Shown here: in pieces, positions 22,855-33,134 of the stretch
Layout: every line of letters begins with the position of its first letter
How positions within the stretch are numbered: position 1 is the first letter of the stretch
NCBI GenBank assembly: GCA_019828565.1
Contig: JAHDYR010000012.1
Location: forward strand, 1,731,780 to 1,795,779
Direction of reading: 5' to 3'
DNA: 64,000 bases
Source of the DNA: Carpediemonas membranifera BICM
Lineage: Eukaryota; Protista; Fornicata
Program-made: the position numbers and the translations under genes
The notes under the pieces: generated by a model
Database searches by the model: none
The model's input: only the letters and a program-made list of their open reading frames with translations
Told to the model about the DNA's origin: nothing

Positions 22855-23940
22855 ATGAATGTCAGTGATATCGATGTGGACGCTTTATTTGACAGTATTG
22901 AAGACTCTTCCGATACTGAAATGCAGCAAGAAGACGAGCTTCAGCTTCATGAAACACTAGATCTTGCGGTTGTCGAAAGACTTGTCGAGGAGTCTTTATC
23001 TTCAAAATCAAGCCTTTCCTCAGCGCTTTCACTGCAAAGACGTTTGAGACAAAGTCTTTTTGCACTGCAGGCGAGGCTCATTGGCCTGATCTCCTCCGCG
23101 ATCCCAGAGTACGACCGCCTTACACCCCCCGAGCTCACCACCCGCCAGTTCGTCCATGTATGCGCCTGCTACATCAACGGCCGGGATATAGACACGCTTA
23201 TAGACCAGGGAATTCTCAGTGAGCCCCAGGCAGCGCTCAGTCGTCTCGTGGTCCTCCGGGCACCCTCGACACCCGCCCCCTCACCGCTGATAGACGACAT
23301 GGCACGGTTCGCAGACGCCCTGGAGAATGCTGTCATACGACTTGACGACTGGCTTGCAAGTGAGACATTGGCTCGTTATCCCAACATTTATAATTTCCTG
23401 GCAAACCCAAGAGTTGCAAGTGTTCTTGCATCCTGCGTGCAGGACGACGAGGCGGGGCGGGTAAACCCAGGCGACGGGTTTGCACGACGCACTACAGGCC
23501 AGATCAAGATGGTGGGGAAGGCTTATAGACTATCGCAGCGAAGAAAGCCGCAAGGTGGGGTGCTCGCCGACATTGCGGCAGACATTGTTGAGGAAAACGG
23601 TCTAGATGAAAAGAAGATGGGCAATAGGATTCTGACCAAGCTCGCTAACAAATTCAAGCTCGTGGCAGCGGTTGACATCGCGTGTACCGATCCAGAGGGA
23701 AGTTTTGGTCAGAAGACGCGCGACCAGGTTCTTAAGGCATTCGAGAACTCCCTTGCTCCAAATCAAAAGATTACTCAACGCCAGCTGAAGATAGCGATGC
23801 CCGGGGATAAGAAGAAGCACCGCGCCGGCCGCAAGTACAATGCTCGCCGGAGACGAACCCAGATGACCGCTGTCCGCGAGCGGGCCAACCGGGTAGCCTT
23901 TGGTCAAGGATCGTCCTATGCGGCAGAGGGCATGGTGTGA
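22855..23940 (+). CDS. PRP31: U4/U6 snRNP protein Prp31 (Nop domain), divergent
   Basis: Nop-domain pattern (LANKFKLVAAVD...GSFGQKTRDQV) followed by Prp31 C-terminal motif KKKHRAGRKY...MTAVRERANRVAFG. Confidence 0.85.
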   Translation: MNVSDIDVDALFDSIEDSSDTEMQQEDELQLHETLDLAVVERLVEESLSSKSSLSSALSLQRRLRQSLFALQARLIGLISSAIPEYDRLTPPELTTRQFVHVCACYINGRDIDTLIDQGILSEPQAALSRLVVLRAPSTPAPSPLIDDMARFADALENAVIRLDDWLASETLARYPNIYNFLANPRVASVLASCVQDDEAGRVNPGDGFARRTTGQIKMVGKAYRLSQRRKPQGGVLADIAADIVEENGLDEKKMGNRILTKLANKFKLVAAVDIACTDPEGSFGQKTRDQVLKAFENSLAPNQKITQRQLKIAMPGDKKKHRAGRKYNARRRRTQMTAVRERANRVAFGQGSSYAAEGMV

Positions 23941-24237
23941 GCCCGACGATGACTGAAGCTTTGTGGCCACAGACGGTGTCAACCCTCATTGCCGTTGTTT
24001 AAACTGCACACTCCATTTACTATGTACCACAGGTTAGTCCACGAGAACGCCCTCCTCGTTGAACTGTGACCTTAAACTGCACCGTCCAATTTTTACTGTA
24101 TGTGTTCAACATGAGCCCTAACAGGGGCCATAGTCAGCCTAGTCGATTACTGACACTGGATGCCGCTCAATTAGAGGCAGAATAATTTGTTGGAAAAAAA
24201 ATGATCCTTTTCGCTCGGTTATTCAGTACAGTCTCAT

Positions 24238-24663
24238 ATGGCAACTAAGGAGATCGTTCTTCCCACCGTTCCCGCCGGAAAGGAGGTGGTAGCTGTTTGC
24301 CACCTTTATGCTTCCTACAACGACACCTTCGTCCACGTTACCGATCTGTCTGGCAAGGAGACGCTTTCCCGCGTCACTGGTGGCATGATGGTGAAGGCAA
24401 ACCGCGATGAGTCTTCTCCCTACGCCGCTATGCTCGCCGCCCAGAAGGTTGCTGAGCGCCTTCAGCAGCTTGGCGTTACTGCCATCCACATCAAGCTTCG
24501 CGCTACCGGTGGTGTCGGTTCCCGCTCCCCCGGCCCCGGTGCCCAGTCCGCTATCCGCGCTCTTGCTCGCACTGGCCTTAAGATCGGCCGCATCGAGGAT
24601 GTTACCCCCATCCCCACCGATAGCACCCGCCGCAAGGGCTCCCGCCGTGGTCGCCGTCTTTAA
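24238..24663 (+). CDS. RPS14: 40S ribosomal protein S14 (uS11)
   Basis: [21 protein letters not shown]...[12 protein letters not shown]...[25 protein letters not shown]. Confidence 0.99.
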   Translation: MATKEIVLPTVPAGKEVVAVCHLYASYNDTFVHVTDLSGKETLSRVTGGMMVKANRDESSPYAAMLAAQKVAERLQQLGVTAIHIKLRATGGVGSRSPGPGAQSAIRALARTGLKIGRIEDVTPIPTDSTRRKGSRRGRRL

Positions 24664-24759
24664 GGTAGTAAATTACCGGTTGCTACGTTTCTTCTTTGCT
24701 TCTTTACTTTGGGACTCACACTGTCAGTCTCCATCTATCTGTCGCTCAGAACAATACAT

Positions 24760-26253
24760 ATGACGGGAAACAGCTGGTCCGACATACGACGACTGCCACC
24801 AGAGGTGCAGGAGGAGACTGACCACCAGACTGGCACCTTGGCTAAGGTGCACTTCGAATCTTCTTCCGAACGAAGAAGCCGAGTATCTTGGCAGATTCAG
24901 AGCGCGATGCTCTTTGACTTTCGGCTTTATATCGAGTACTTCGCTGATTATGGGTATATCGCCGCCGACATCATTTGCGTCGCGCTATTCTTCATATTCT
25001 GTCCGTTTATCATTGTTCGCCGCATCCGATCGCCAATGATGACGGTACATGTCCTTTGTAGTTCATTTTACGTATTTACTGCCATTTCCGACATCATAGA
25101 CCGCATCCAGGGCGACTACATCTGGCCTGAGCAGTACCCCTTTACCATCTTCTATTACTTGAGTTTTGTGGGCACAAACATGTCCGTCTTCGCCCCATTC
25201 TGCGTCCTACCGTTCTTGATCATCAGTGTCTTCCTGTCGCGACGTGGCTGGCATCTCAAGGGGCTCGACAAGTTCTTGCCCGTAATCGTCGTCGCCATCG
25301 TCGCCATCGCCATCCTCATCTCGGCCCTCATCCTCTTTGTCAGCCCCAGCAGCGGTTTCTTCGGCCCGCTGGAACGACGCGACTACGAGTCGATCATGAT
25401 GGACCGTTCGTTCCAGACCGTTTCCCGCTTTGGTCGGATCAGCGTCATCCTCGCATGGGGGCTCTTGCTGATGGTCACGTACCTCGGGAACTACCCCGTG
25501 TTGAACACCCAGATGCTCCACATGTTCATCGCCGTCCTCCGTCTCATCACGCTCTTCGCATGGCCATTTAGCACGGACCTCGCGACTGGCGAGGTCGACA
25601 TCCACTACATCGGCTTCGTCTTCCGTCTCTTCATCTCCTCAACAGCCCCTGTCGCCAACGTGGTCCTGCTGGTCACGGTCCCCATTCTAGTCTTCCCCAG
25701 CACAGTGGGGGAAATCTTGACAACCACCACGGGATGCAGGGCTCTGTTCGAGTTCCTCAAACTCGAGTACTCCGAGGAGAACCTGACATTCCTGTTCGCC
25801 ATCCGCCACGCCATCATCGCGGCGGGGTTCGACACGTTCTACACGCTCAAGTTCCTGAGGGAGGTCAACGCGACGTACCTCAGCGAACAGTCCGACCAGT
25901 GCGTCAACCTGCCCTCAGAGATCTCGAACCCCATCCGGATTGCCATAGACAAGGCGACCCAACCCGACGTCACCCCCGAGTTCGTCGAGGCGTTGTTCAC
26001 CCCAGCCATCGCTGACGTCAGAGCCATGCTCGACGGCAGCTGCCAGCGCTTCGTCAACACTGACCAGTATGCCGCCTTCCTCCGGCACCTACAGATTGTC
26101 GAGGACCTACCCCAGGACCATAGCGTGCTGGGCATGATCCTGCAGTGGATCACGCAGCGGGACAGGACGCTGATCACGCCGCTGGTGCTGAAGCAGCTTC
26201 CAGACGAGTACGCGTGGATGGTCAAGAACTCTGGCAGCGTGGGCATGTTTTAG
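24760..26253 (+). CDS. Multi-pass membrane protein with C-terminal RGS domain (7TM-RGS-like)
   Basis: Several hydrophobic helices, then ILTTTTGCRALFEFLKLEYSEENLTF...VNLPSE...LF...ML...QRF RGS signature; first ATG 24760. Confidence 0.85.
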   Translation: MTGNSWSDIRRLPPEVQEETDHQTGTLAKVHFESSSERRSRVSWQIQSAMLFDFRLYIEYFADYGYIAADIICVALFFIFCPFIIVRRIRSPMMTVHVLCSSFYVFTAISDIIDRIQGDYIWPEQYPFTIFYYLSFVGTNMSVFAPFCVLPFLIISVFLSRRGWHLKGLDKFLPVIVVAIVAIAILISALILFVSPSSGFFGPLERRDYESIMMDRSFQTVSRFGRISVILAWGLLLMVTYLGNYPVLNTQMLHMFIAVLRLITLFAWPFSTDLATGEVDIHYIGFVFRLFISSTAPVANVVLLVTVPILVFPSTVGEILTTTTGCRALFEFLKLEYSEENLTFLFAIRHAIIAAGFDTFYTLKFLREVNATYLSEQSDQCVNLPSEISNPIRIAIDKATQPDVTPEFVEALFTPAIADVRAMLDGSCQRFVNTDQYAAFLRHLQIVEDLPQDHSVLGMILQWITQRDRTLITPLVLKQLPDEYAWMVKNSGSVGMF

Positions 26254-27263
26254 AGGTAACATATAGCGTCACTGTCATAGTAAACCAACGGTTTGGCGGA
26301 TTTCCGGACTGCCGGAGAGACCCATGTGAGTCCGGCATTATTAAGCCGTGAGACTGAGAAGCTGTGACGCGAGAGGATGACTGAGGTCCTTCGCCCCGAC
26401 TCGGAGATGGCAAGATACCAACACCTAGCTGCATTGACGACGCAGACGGCCCCGATTGCTAAGTTTGTGTCGAGATACCGCGCTCGCGCTCGTTTCCTCT
26501 TCGGTGACGTCGATGCCGTTGATAAGGCCTTCGCGGTGGTCAAGCTGTCGACCAGCCTCGGGGCGAGCCAGGCAAGCGGACGGCCAACCGCGGGGCGATG
26601 ATGTCCCGGTCCCTCGCCCTCGGTGGCAAGCGACTTACCCCTGCAGTTGCCAAGAGGATCGCGGCAGCCATGGTCGACCTACTCAACCAGTATGCGGCCA
26701 TCCGCAGCATCGCCCGCGAGCTCACGCCGGATTGACAGGAGGCTGAGGAACCCGCTGACACTGTAAATGTACGAAGGTGACCCCGAGTGGGACCAGGCCG
26801 CGTTTCCTAAGCTGCTCGGGTGGATGAGATGACCACCAGAACCAAGCGGCGAACGTCCACAGGCTCGGGTGGGTAGTCAGGGTTACTGGGACCTAGACTC
26901 GCTTTCTCGCGCGGATTGTATGTCTAGGGTCAGCAGTGCCGATGTTCAACCCTAGGTGTCCTCGATGAGGGCGATCCAGCGGTAACCTGCTTTGCAGTCA
27001 AAAATGCAGTTCCCACGGAGCTTTACAAGGCAGTCCTCGATGATCGTGATAGGGTGAATGAACGGCGTTGTTTGCCGGAAACAACCGGATTGGGTCGCCC
27101 CATGCCCCGTCGCCCAGGCCATTATACTGTGCCCACACCATCTCAGACGATGGTACAGCGACCCATAACTGTCCGTAAGCCCTCATGATCTCGTTACTGG
27201 GCGTCGAACAAGAAGAAGACTCCGGAAAAATGGAGGAAATCTGGCAAAACTCCGCGACTCAAG

Positions 27264-29173
27264 ATGACGAAGCCTTCAAAGAACGGCGCTGTGAATGCCG
27301 AAATACCACAGAAAGAGGGCATTCCAGCGAATAATCCTTCTTCTGGGCCGCAGTTTGATTTTTGTGCCGTTTCTCACACAGGAGCGACAATGGAGAGGTG
27401 ACTGTGGTTCCGCGTCGCAGCTCTCGACTTGGTACGCCTACAGCCCCCATGATTCTGAAGAAGAAGGGATCTAGAGCAGGAAAGAAGCGTGTTGACAAGA
27501 TGAAACTGCCCAACGTGTGCAACAGACCCAAGAGGGTGAAAAAGAAGGTTGCGTACTATCAGTCCCCCGTCCCTTCGCCGGACGAGATCCTCAAGAAGAG
27601 GCGAGAGGACAATGAATACGTCTTCAAGAACCCCGGCTACGACGTCCTGATTGACAACCCGGACAGGATCCCAGGTATCATGATGCGGCGCGAGAGGAAC
27701 TATTACGACCCGAACTGCGTCTCCCTGCAGGAAGAGTGGGTGCTGTTCGAGGATTGGGAGAATCTAGGGGCAGCGGGTCCACTGTACCTGGGCCACGCCG
27801 TCGAGAACGAGTACGGTGTCGTCGCGATCAGTCTCACTGTTGACGACAACTACCTCGAACTATTCCTGCCCGCCACCCTCCTCGAGCGCATAGCCGGCGT
27901 GCCTCTGACGGATGTCCCGGTCACTCTCGACCTCCACGGCGGCCTCGTCGCCCTGGATGATTTCAGGCAGTTTATCAAGGAGCACAACGACCTGCTGCCG
28001 ACTGTTGTGGCCCACCCCTTCTGGCAGGCTGCGTCTCTCTTCGTTGATTACACGAGCACCGACTTCGCCGTCTCTCTCATTCGCTGCCCCGATGCCCACA
28101 AGCCCCTGCTGGACGGGGCCTTCGATTACATCGACAGATACACGAAGGGGCGGCAGCAGGTCTGGTCCCAGTACTGCTCGTGGTACAGCACGTTCATCCA
28201 CGCGGACCCGGCCTACAGACCCCGCATCCAGGGCGTCCTGTCACTGTTCGCCACCGAGTTCCTAGCCAAGCCCAGCAAGAAGCGGAGTGCCATCGAGAAG
28301 GTCGAGCAGCACCTCTGCTTCCTCGCCATGGCCAAGCGGTTTGAGATCCCAGAGGTCCCTGCCCTGCAACGTCAGTTCGAGGAGGAGATGGTGCCCCTTC
28401 TCACGGACTTCGACGACATATGCTCCTTCGACCTCACCAAGCCCAGCGCTTACACCTTCACCCGCATGGCGCCCCGGGAGGTGCTCGAAGAGCTGCTGAT
28501 GTTCTTCAACAGCCACGCCTTCTTCGCCATCACCGACAACCTCCGCTTCGCTCCCCCGGCCCTGGCGATGCCGCTCGGCGTCAGCCCCCTTGTGCGGTGG
28601 ATCCCGTTTATCCGCCGGTTCATGAAGGTCCCTGCAGACACCGAGCCGACGCCGACCCACGCCAAGCTTCTCGAGCAGCTGTTCTACACCAGCACTCACA
28701 TCATCTTCGCTCTGTCGCACTGGTGTTCGTATCGACTGCCGACGGAGTTGTTCTTCCCCGAGATCGACTACATGCGGCGCTACATCTGCATGATGGAGGC
28801 GTGCGAGCTGCTCAACACTGACTACGTCGCCGAGTACAGCCTCGCCATGTCCGTGTTCCACCTCGGCGTGGCTGACGCCCCCGTGTACATGGGCGGGGCA
28901 CACGACTGGCGCTGGGCGTGCGGCAGGATTGTCCGCGAAGCGTCTCTGTCCTCCGTCAAGGGCGCCCTCATCCGAGCTGGGCCGTGGGGCTACGAGAACA
29001 GGTTCCACGCCACGCTGCTCAGCATCCCAGCGCTGCACTACCGCTCGCTGCCGTTCGTGACCAGCCCGTACGTCGACGACCTCAGGGCCCTGCTCTCGCC
29101 CGAGGACAGCGATGACGAGACCGACTCCGAGGACGAGTCCCACAGCGGGTCCGGTGGCGAGGAGGAGGATTAA
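27264..29173 (+). CDS. Hypothetical protein, 2 exons (27264-27352, 27382-29173), basic N-terminus, acidic C-terminus
   Basis: 603-codon ORF with host-like GC3; 29-nt intron 27353-27381 (GTTTGA...CACAG) links an upstream ATG in frame. Confidence 0.7.
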
Positions 29174-29178
29174 AAGTC

Positions 29179-30040
29179 TTATTTTATGTTATGGTGCTCG
29201 AGCTGTCTCACGCTAGTCCCAGCGGGCGGCAGACCCGGGGTTGTGCAGCGAGTTGGCCGAGTCGAGGCTGGTTCAGCCAGCACACTGCTGTTGATGTCCC
29301 CTAGCTCGGCATCGGGGACCCTCTCAGCGAACCCTGCCTCCTCGAGCTCTCGCGCAACCGCGAGCGCCTTGGGCAGCATGTCCTAAGCGAGGTACCCTGC
29401 AGAATCCTCATCGAACGGGGGCGGGGGTGCCACCCACGGCGGTGTGTAGCCGCTCATGGTCCACTTGATGACCTCCTCTGGTGCGTTCATGGCGGCCAGA
29501 AAGTCGGGATCCAGCGCGCCACCCGGGCGGAAGGGGGCCTGAGGCACCACCCTCAGAGTCTGCGACGGCGTCTCCACGCACAGTGGATCGGCCCTCCCAC
29601 CAATCCGCCATCACCGCACGGACTAGATCCAGTACGGCGGCCTGGCCCTCCACGGTGGAGAGGGCCTGGGCGACCTCGGTGGGCTCGACGGAGGTCTCCG
29701 GAGTCTTCGCTATTCGGCTCGATGGGAGCTTGACCCCCGGAGGCTATGACCGAAGATGCCTCGACGTGATGTGCGAGGACTTCCGGCTGCCCGACGCCTT
29801 GCTGGGCGGAGGCTGATACCGGCTCGACAGGGGTCCGTACAGGCCCTCTGGAGACTTTCACTCGCATTATCCTATTCTGGTGTCCACGTGACGCGACCCG
29901 TGTATCTCCACAATCAAACTCACGATATGACTTGGCTTTTACCTCGTCTTCAGGAATACTTCCTCGGGATTTCGTGGAGAGCGTCGGAGGTAAGCCCGGC
30001 GGCTGCTCCGATCTTTTCACACCTGGGCCAGACGCCACGG
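29179..30040 (-). pseudogene. Degenerate DIRS-like (YR retroelement) gag-end/RT N-terminal fragment
   Basis: NAPEEVIKWTMSGYTPPWVAPPPP...ALAVARELEEAGFAERV resembles the DIRS RT N-terminus; internal stop, truncated. Confidence 0.5.
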
Positions 30041-30094
30041 GAGAGACTCGATCTCAATTCGACTCGACGCCAGTCAGAGTAGCGCAGCAGGAGA

Positions 30095-31036
30095 ATGAAT
30101 TCAACCGATGCCGCGCTATACTTCGAAACACAGCATGCAATCCTCATTTCTAGGGCTTTAGAGGCCATTTCATTCAACATTGCTACTCAGCAGGTCTGCA
30201 TTTCCGTGGAAGGGACCGAGGAAGAAGGAAGAGACCTCAAATTTGTCTCCATCTCTCCAGATCGCTGTCTTGAATGCAGCGTGTCTATCACAGAGCGTGT
30301 AATGAGCATCGACAGCGCTGCAGGCAGCGGGTTGTACACCATTGCAGACCAGACCAGCGACAAGGCGCCCGATGCCCAGCTGATACTCAACTCGCTCACA
30401 ACGTCGGGATTTGAGCCCTTCTCAGTACGGGTGTCGGACCTCCGGATGGCGCTGGACCTTGTACTGCCCCACTCGCCACCCCGGGTGACCTTTTATCATG
30501 CCGGGCAGGGGAAACCACTAGTAATCGTTATCAAGGCGCACGACCACGTCCTCTCGAGTGTCCAGATCGCCACGCAGCCCCTTATCCGCGATCTGATCGG
30601 CGTGGACTTCGACCCGACGACAGTCACACACACAGCGACGCTACAGCCGCACGCCCTGCCGATGGCATTTCCCCTCAAAGGCCGGATGAGGATAGACCAA
30701 TCAAACTTCGCCCGTATCCGGTTTGACGGCGAGTCAGAGCGCCTTGTCATCATGAGCGGGTCGTCCGAGGTGGAGGCCCAGACGGAGTTCCCCATGGATG
30801 CACCGATCACCGTGTTCGAGCGGCCGCCCGCCCGCGGGTTCGAGTCGGCGGAGTTCGGGTACAAGCCTGCGCACCTGGCGACGGCGGTGCTGAGTGCGAA
30901 GTACGCTCATCTGACCCGGTTGCTCATCACCAGCGAGGGTGTGCTCAACGTCGCCCACCTGATTCCTAGGGAGACCAACGTGCGGTGCTTCGTGCAGTTC
31001 TTTCTCATGCCGCTTGTGGACGCACTGCCGGGCTGA
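30095..31036 (+). CDS. RAD1: 9-1-1 checkpoint clamp subunit Rad1-like
   Basis: LEAISF, YHAGQGKPLVIVI, QIATQ...DFD, GYKPAHL...LLITSEGVLNVAHLI...CFVQFFLMP match the Rad1 pattern. Confidence 0.75.
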   Translation: MNSTDAALYFETQHAILISRALEAISFNIATQQVCISVEGTEEEGRDLKFVSISPDRCLECSVSITERVMSIDSAAGSGLYTIADQTSDKAPDAQLILNSLTTSGFEPFSVRVSDLRMALDLVLPHSPPRVTFYHAGQGKPLVIVIKAHDHVLSSVQIATQPLIRDLIGVDFDPTTVTHTATLQPHALPMAFPLKGRMRIDQSNFARIRFDGESERLVIMSGSSEVEAQTEFPMDAPITVFERPPARGFESAEFGYKPAHLATAVLSAKYAHLTRLLITSEGVLNVAHLIPRETNVRCFVQFFLMPLVDALPG

Positions 31037-31219
31037 TGGTCGCGCTGATTCTAGAGGATATCACTCGATTTGCAGTAGATTTGCTTTAGATCGGCGCTAC
31101 TCCTCGATCGTGTCGTTTGGGTCTGGCCTGTGGTTTGGGGGACTGCGCGCCAGTTAGGGTCCTCCCGAACGATGGATCTCTGGTGTGGCTTGCGGCTGGG
31201 GTGGGAGGTGGGAGGCGGG

Positions 31220-31243
31220 GTAAGGTAAGGTACCTTACCTTAC
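31220..31243. repeat. Perfect 24-bp palindrome GTAAGGTAAGGT-ACCTTACCTTAC
   Basis: Read directly from sequence. Confidence 0.9.
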
Positions 31244-32800
31244 AGGGTTCTTGTCCACTGCCTCGAACGCCGCAAGGAGGGCGTCCTTGTGCTCCTTGGT
31301 CAGGCAGACCCGCTGGTGCTCCTTCCGGGTGCCTCTCTCATCCTGCGAGTGCGAGGCGGGTGCCACGGCACCGTGGAAGGGGCGGGCAATTACCTTACAA
31401 TGTTCGAGATGCCTAACGCCGCCGGCTCTAGCGCAGCTAGCTTGCCGTGCCAAGACTCGACCTCAGGCAGCGGGAACTCCGTCGTACTGTCTTCTCGACT
31501 GTCACCAGTATCCAAGCGTTGCACGCGTTCTGCTTGTCCTTCGGGATGAACAGCATCTCCCGCCGAAGATCGTGGACGAGTCCCATGAACACCGGGGTCT
31601 GGGAGGCCTCGCTAGTCTTAGCATCCTTGAAGCGAAGGTTAACCGCCATACCGAGGGCACGGAGAGTGTCCCTGCTCGCCGTATACCTTGCTCCTTCGTG
31701 ACCCCGTAGACGCAAAGTCATTGATGAGATGGGCTGTCGGTATACCCAGTGCTCGGGCCGCGCACACGAGAGGCTGTGTGACTCTCGTGAAGAGGTGAGC
31801 GGAAGGCGAGGCGCCCATGGGGAGAGCTGTGAATGAGGTGGGGCCTCTGTCACTCTGGAATGCGGCTATGGACCTGGCCTTGTCGTCAATGGGGACTTGG
31901 TAGAACCCCTTCTCCAGGTAACGTGCACATCCAGCCATATTGCTGGTCGAGGAGTGTAGGCTGTCCCTCAAAGGCAAAGGGTTGCACGTCGAGGAACGCG
32001 TTGGGCCACCTCATGTCGGCGATCTCGCGGTGACTGCCATCGTGATTGGGTGCCGAAGAGCCCGATCGGCCGGGCGAGGACGGGGACCCCCTTGGGGTGG
32101 GTCTTGGCAATCCCGCTCTTCTTCAGCTTAGCGGCTATGGCTGTCGGCCATCCCACTTTCTTGCCATTGGTCATCGGCGAGGGGGACCCGTGAGGCCCCA
32201 GGCAGCGGGAACGCCCGCTTGGTTGCGGCGGAGATGACCTCGTCGCAGTAGCCCACCGCCGCGACGTGTGCGGAGACGCTGCGAGAGCCTGGCCGGCCTT
32301 GAAAGGTCCGACGGAAACCTCGGGAGCGCTCTTGTGTATGTAGTCCCGTGCCCTGGCCTTCTCTTCCTCTGGCGTCTCGCTCCAAAGGACCCTGACGGGG
32401 CCGAGGAATTCCGCGACATGAGCGCGGAATTCGGCCAGCTGGTTGGGGCGGCGCTTCTTGCAGGGTGTCGCAACCCACCTGGTGGGAATGCCAAGGATGG
32501 TCTTGGCTGGGGCCGGGCTGGGGTGGGCGTTAATGCCACCTGGGCCGGTGACTGGACCTGCGGGGCCTCAGGGCGCGGCGACGTGAGGGTGATGACCCTG
32601 CCGGGCGCAGGTAACTCGTCCCATCCATCCTCGATGTCGTTGGAGACCTCCTCGGGTGCGGTGTGGGGCACCGGTGTCCTGGGCTCCGGTTCTGCACTGG
32701 GTCTGCCTGAGGTGGCGTCCGGCACGAACATCGGGGGCACAATGCCGCTCGGGACCAGAAAGAGAGTACTGGGTTTATCATTACCGGTTTATTATTCGTA
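31244..32800 (-). pseudogene. Degenerate DIRS-like reverse transcriptase fragment
   Basis: IADMRWPNAFLDVQPFAFEG, LEKGFYQVPI...FTALPMGASPSAHLFTRVTQPLV...LGI...LIND, LRALGMAVN...SQTPVFMGLVHD across frameshifts. Confidence 0.75.
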
Positions 32801-33134
32801 GACACTGGCTTTCTTTATTTTCGGACTGGGTCCTCGGCTGCCGGCCACCCCCGCCGCTCGTGACGCGAGCCTTCTTCTTTCTCGGCGCGAGGTAGAGAGG
32901 CACCTCATGCAACATACTGGAGGTGATGTCGCACGTCGCCGCGAGCTTCTTCCGAATGATCACAAGCTCAGACCCAGACCGGACATTTATTGGGAAAGAT
33001 GTCGACACAGGTATGTACGATCCTGCACAGTCGGTGTAGGCTCTGGCAGCGTCTGATCCGGGTCTGATCTTCCGAAGTGTGTGTGAGATTTTCGCCACTG
33101 AAACAAGGTCTGTTGGTGCCGAAGCGGGAGAATA

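Noticed and set aside
26377-26760. Short ORFs with faint Gag-like helical pattern
   Set aside because: Broken frames, no LTR, TSD or diagnostic motif; cannot support a call
28262-29143. 293-aa antisense ORF (likewise 33582..34283, 21680..22492, 49055..49870)
   Set aside because: Shadow ORFs of GC3-rich real genes on the opposite strand
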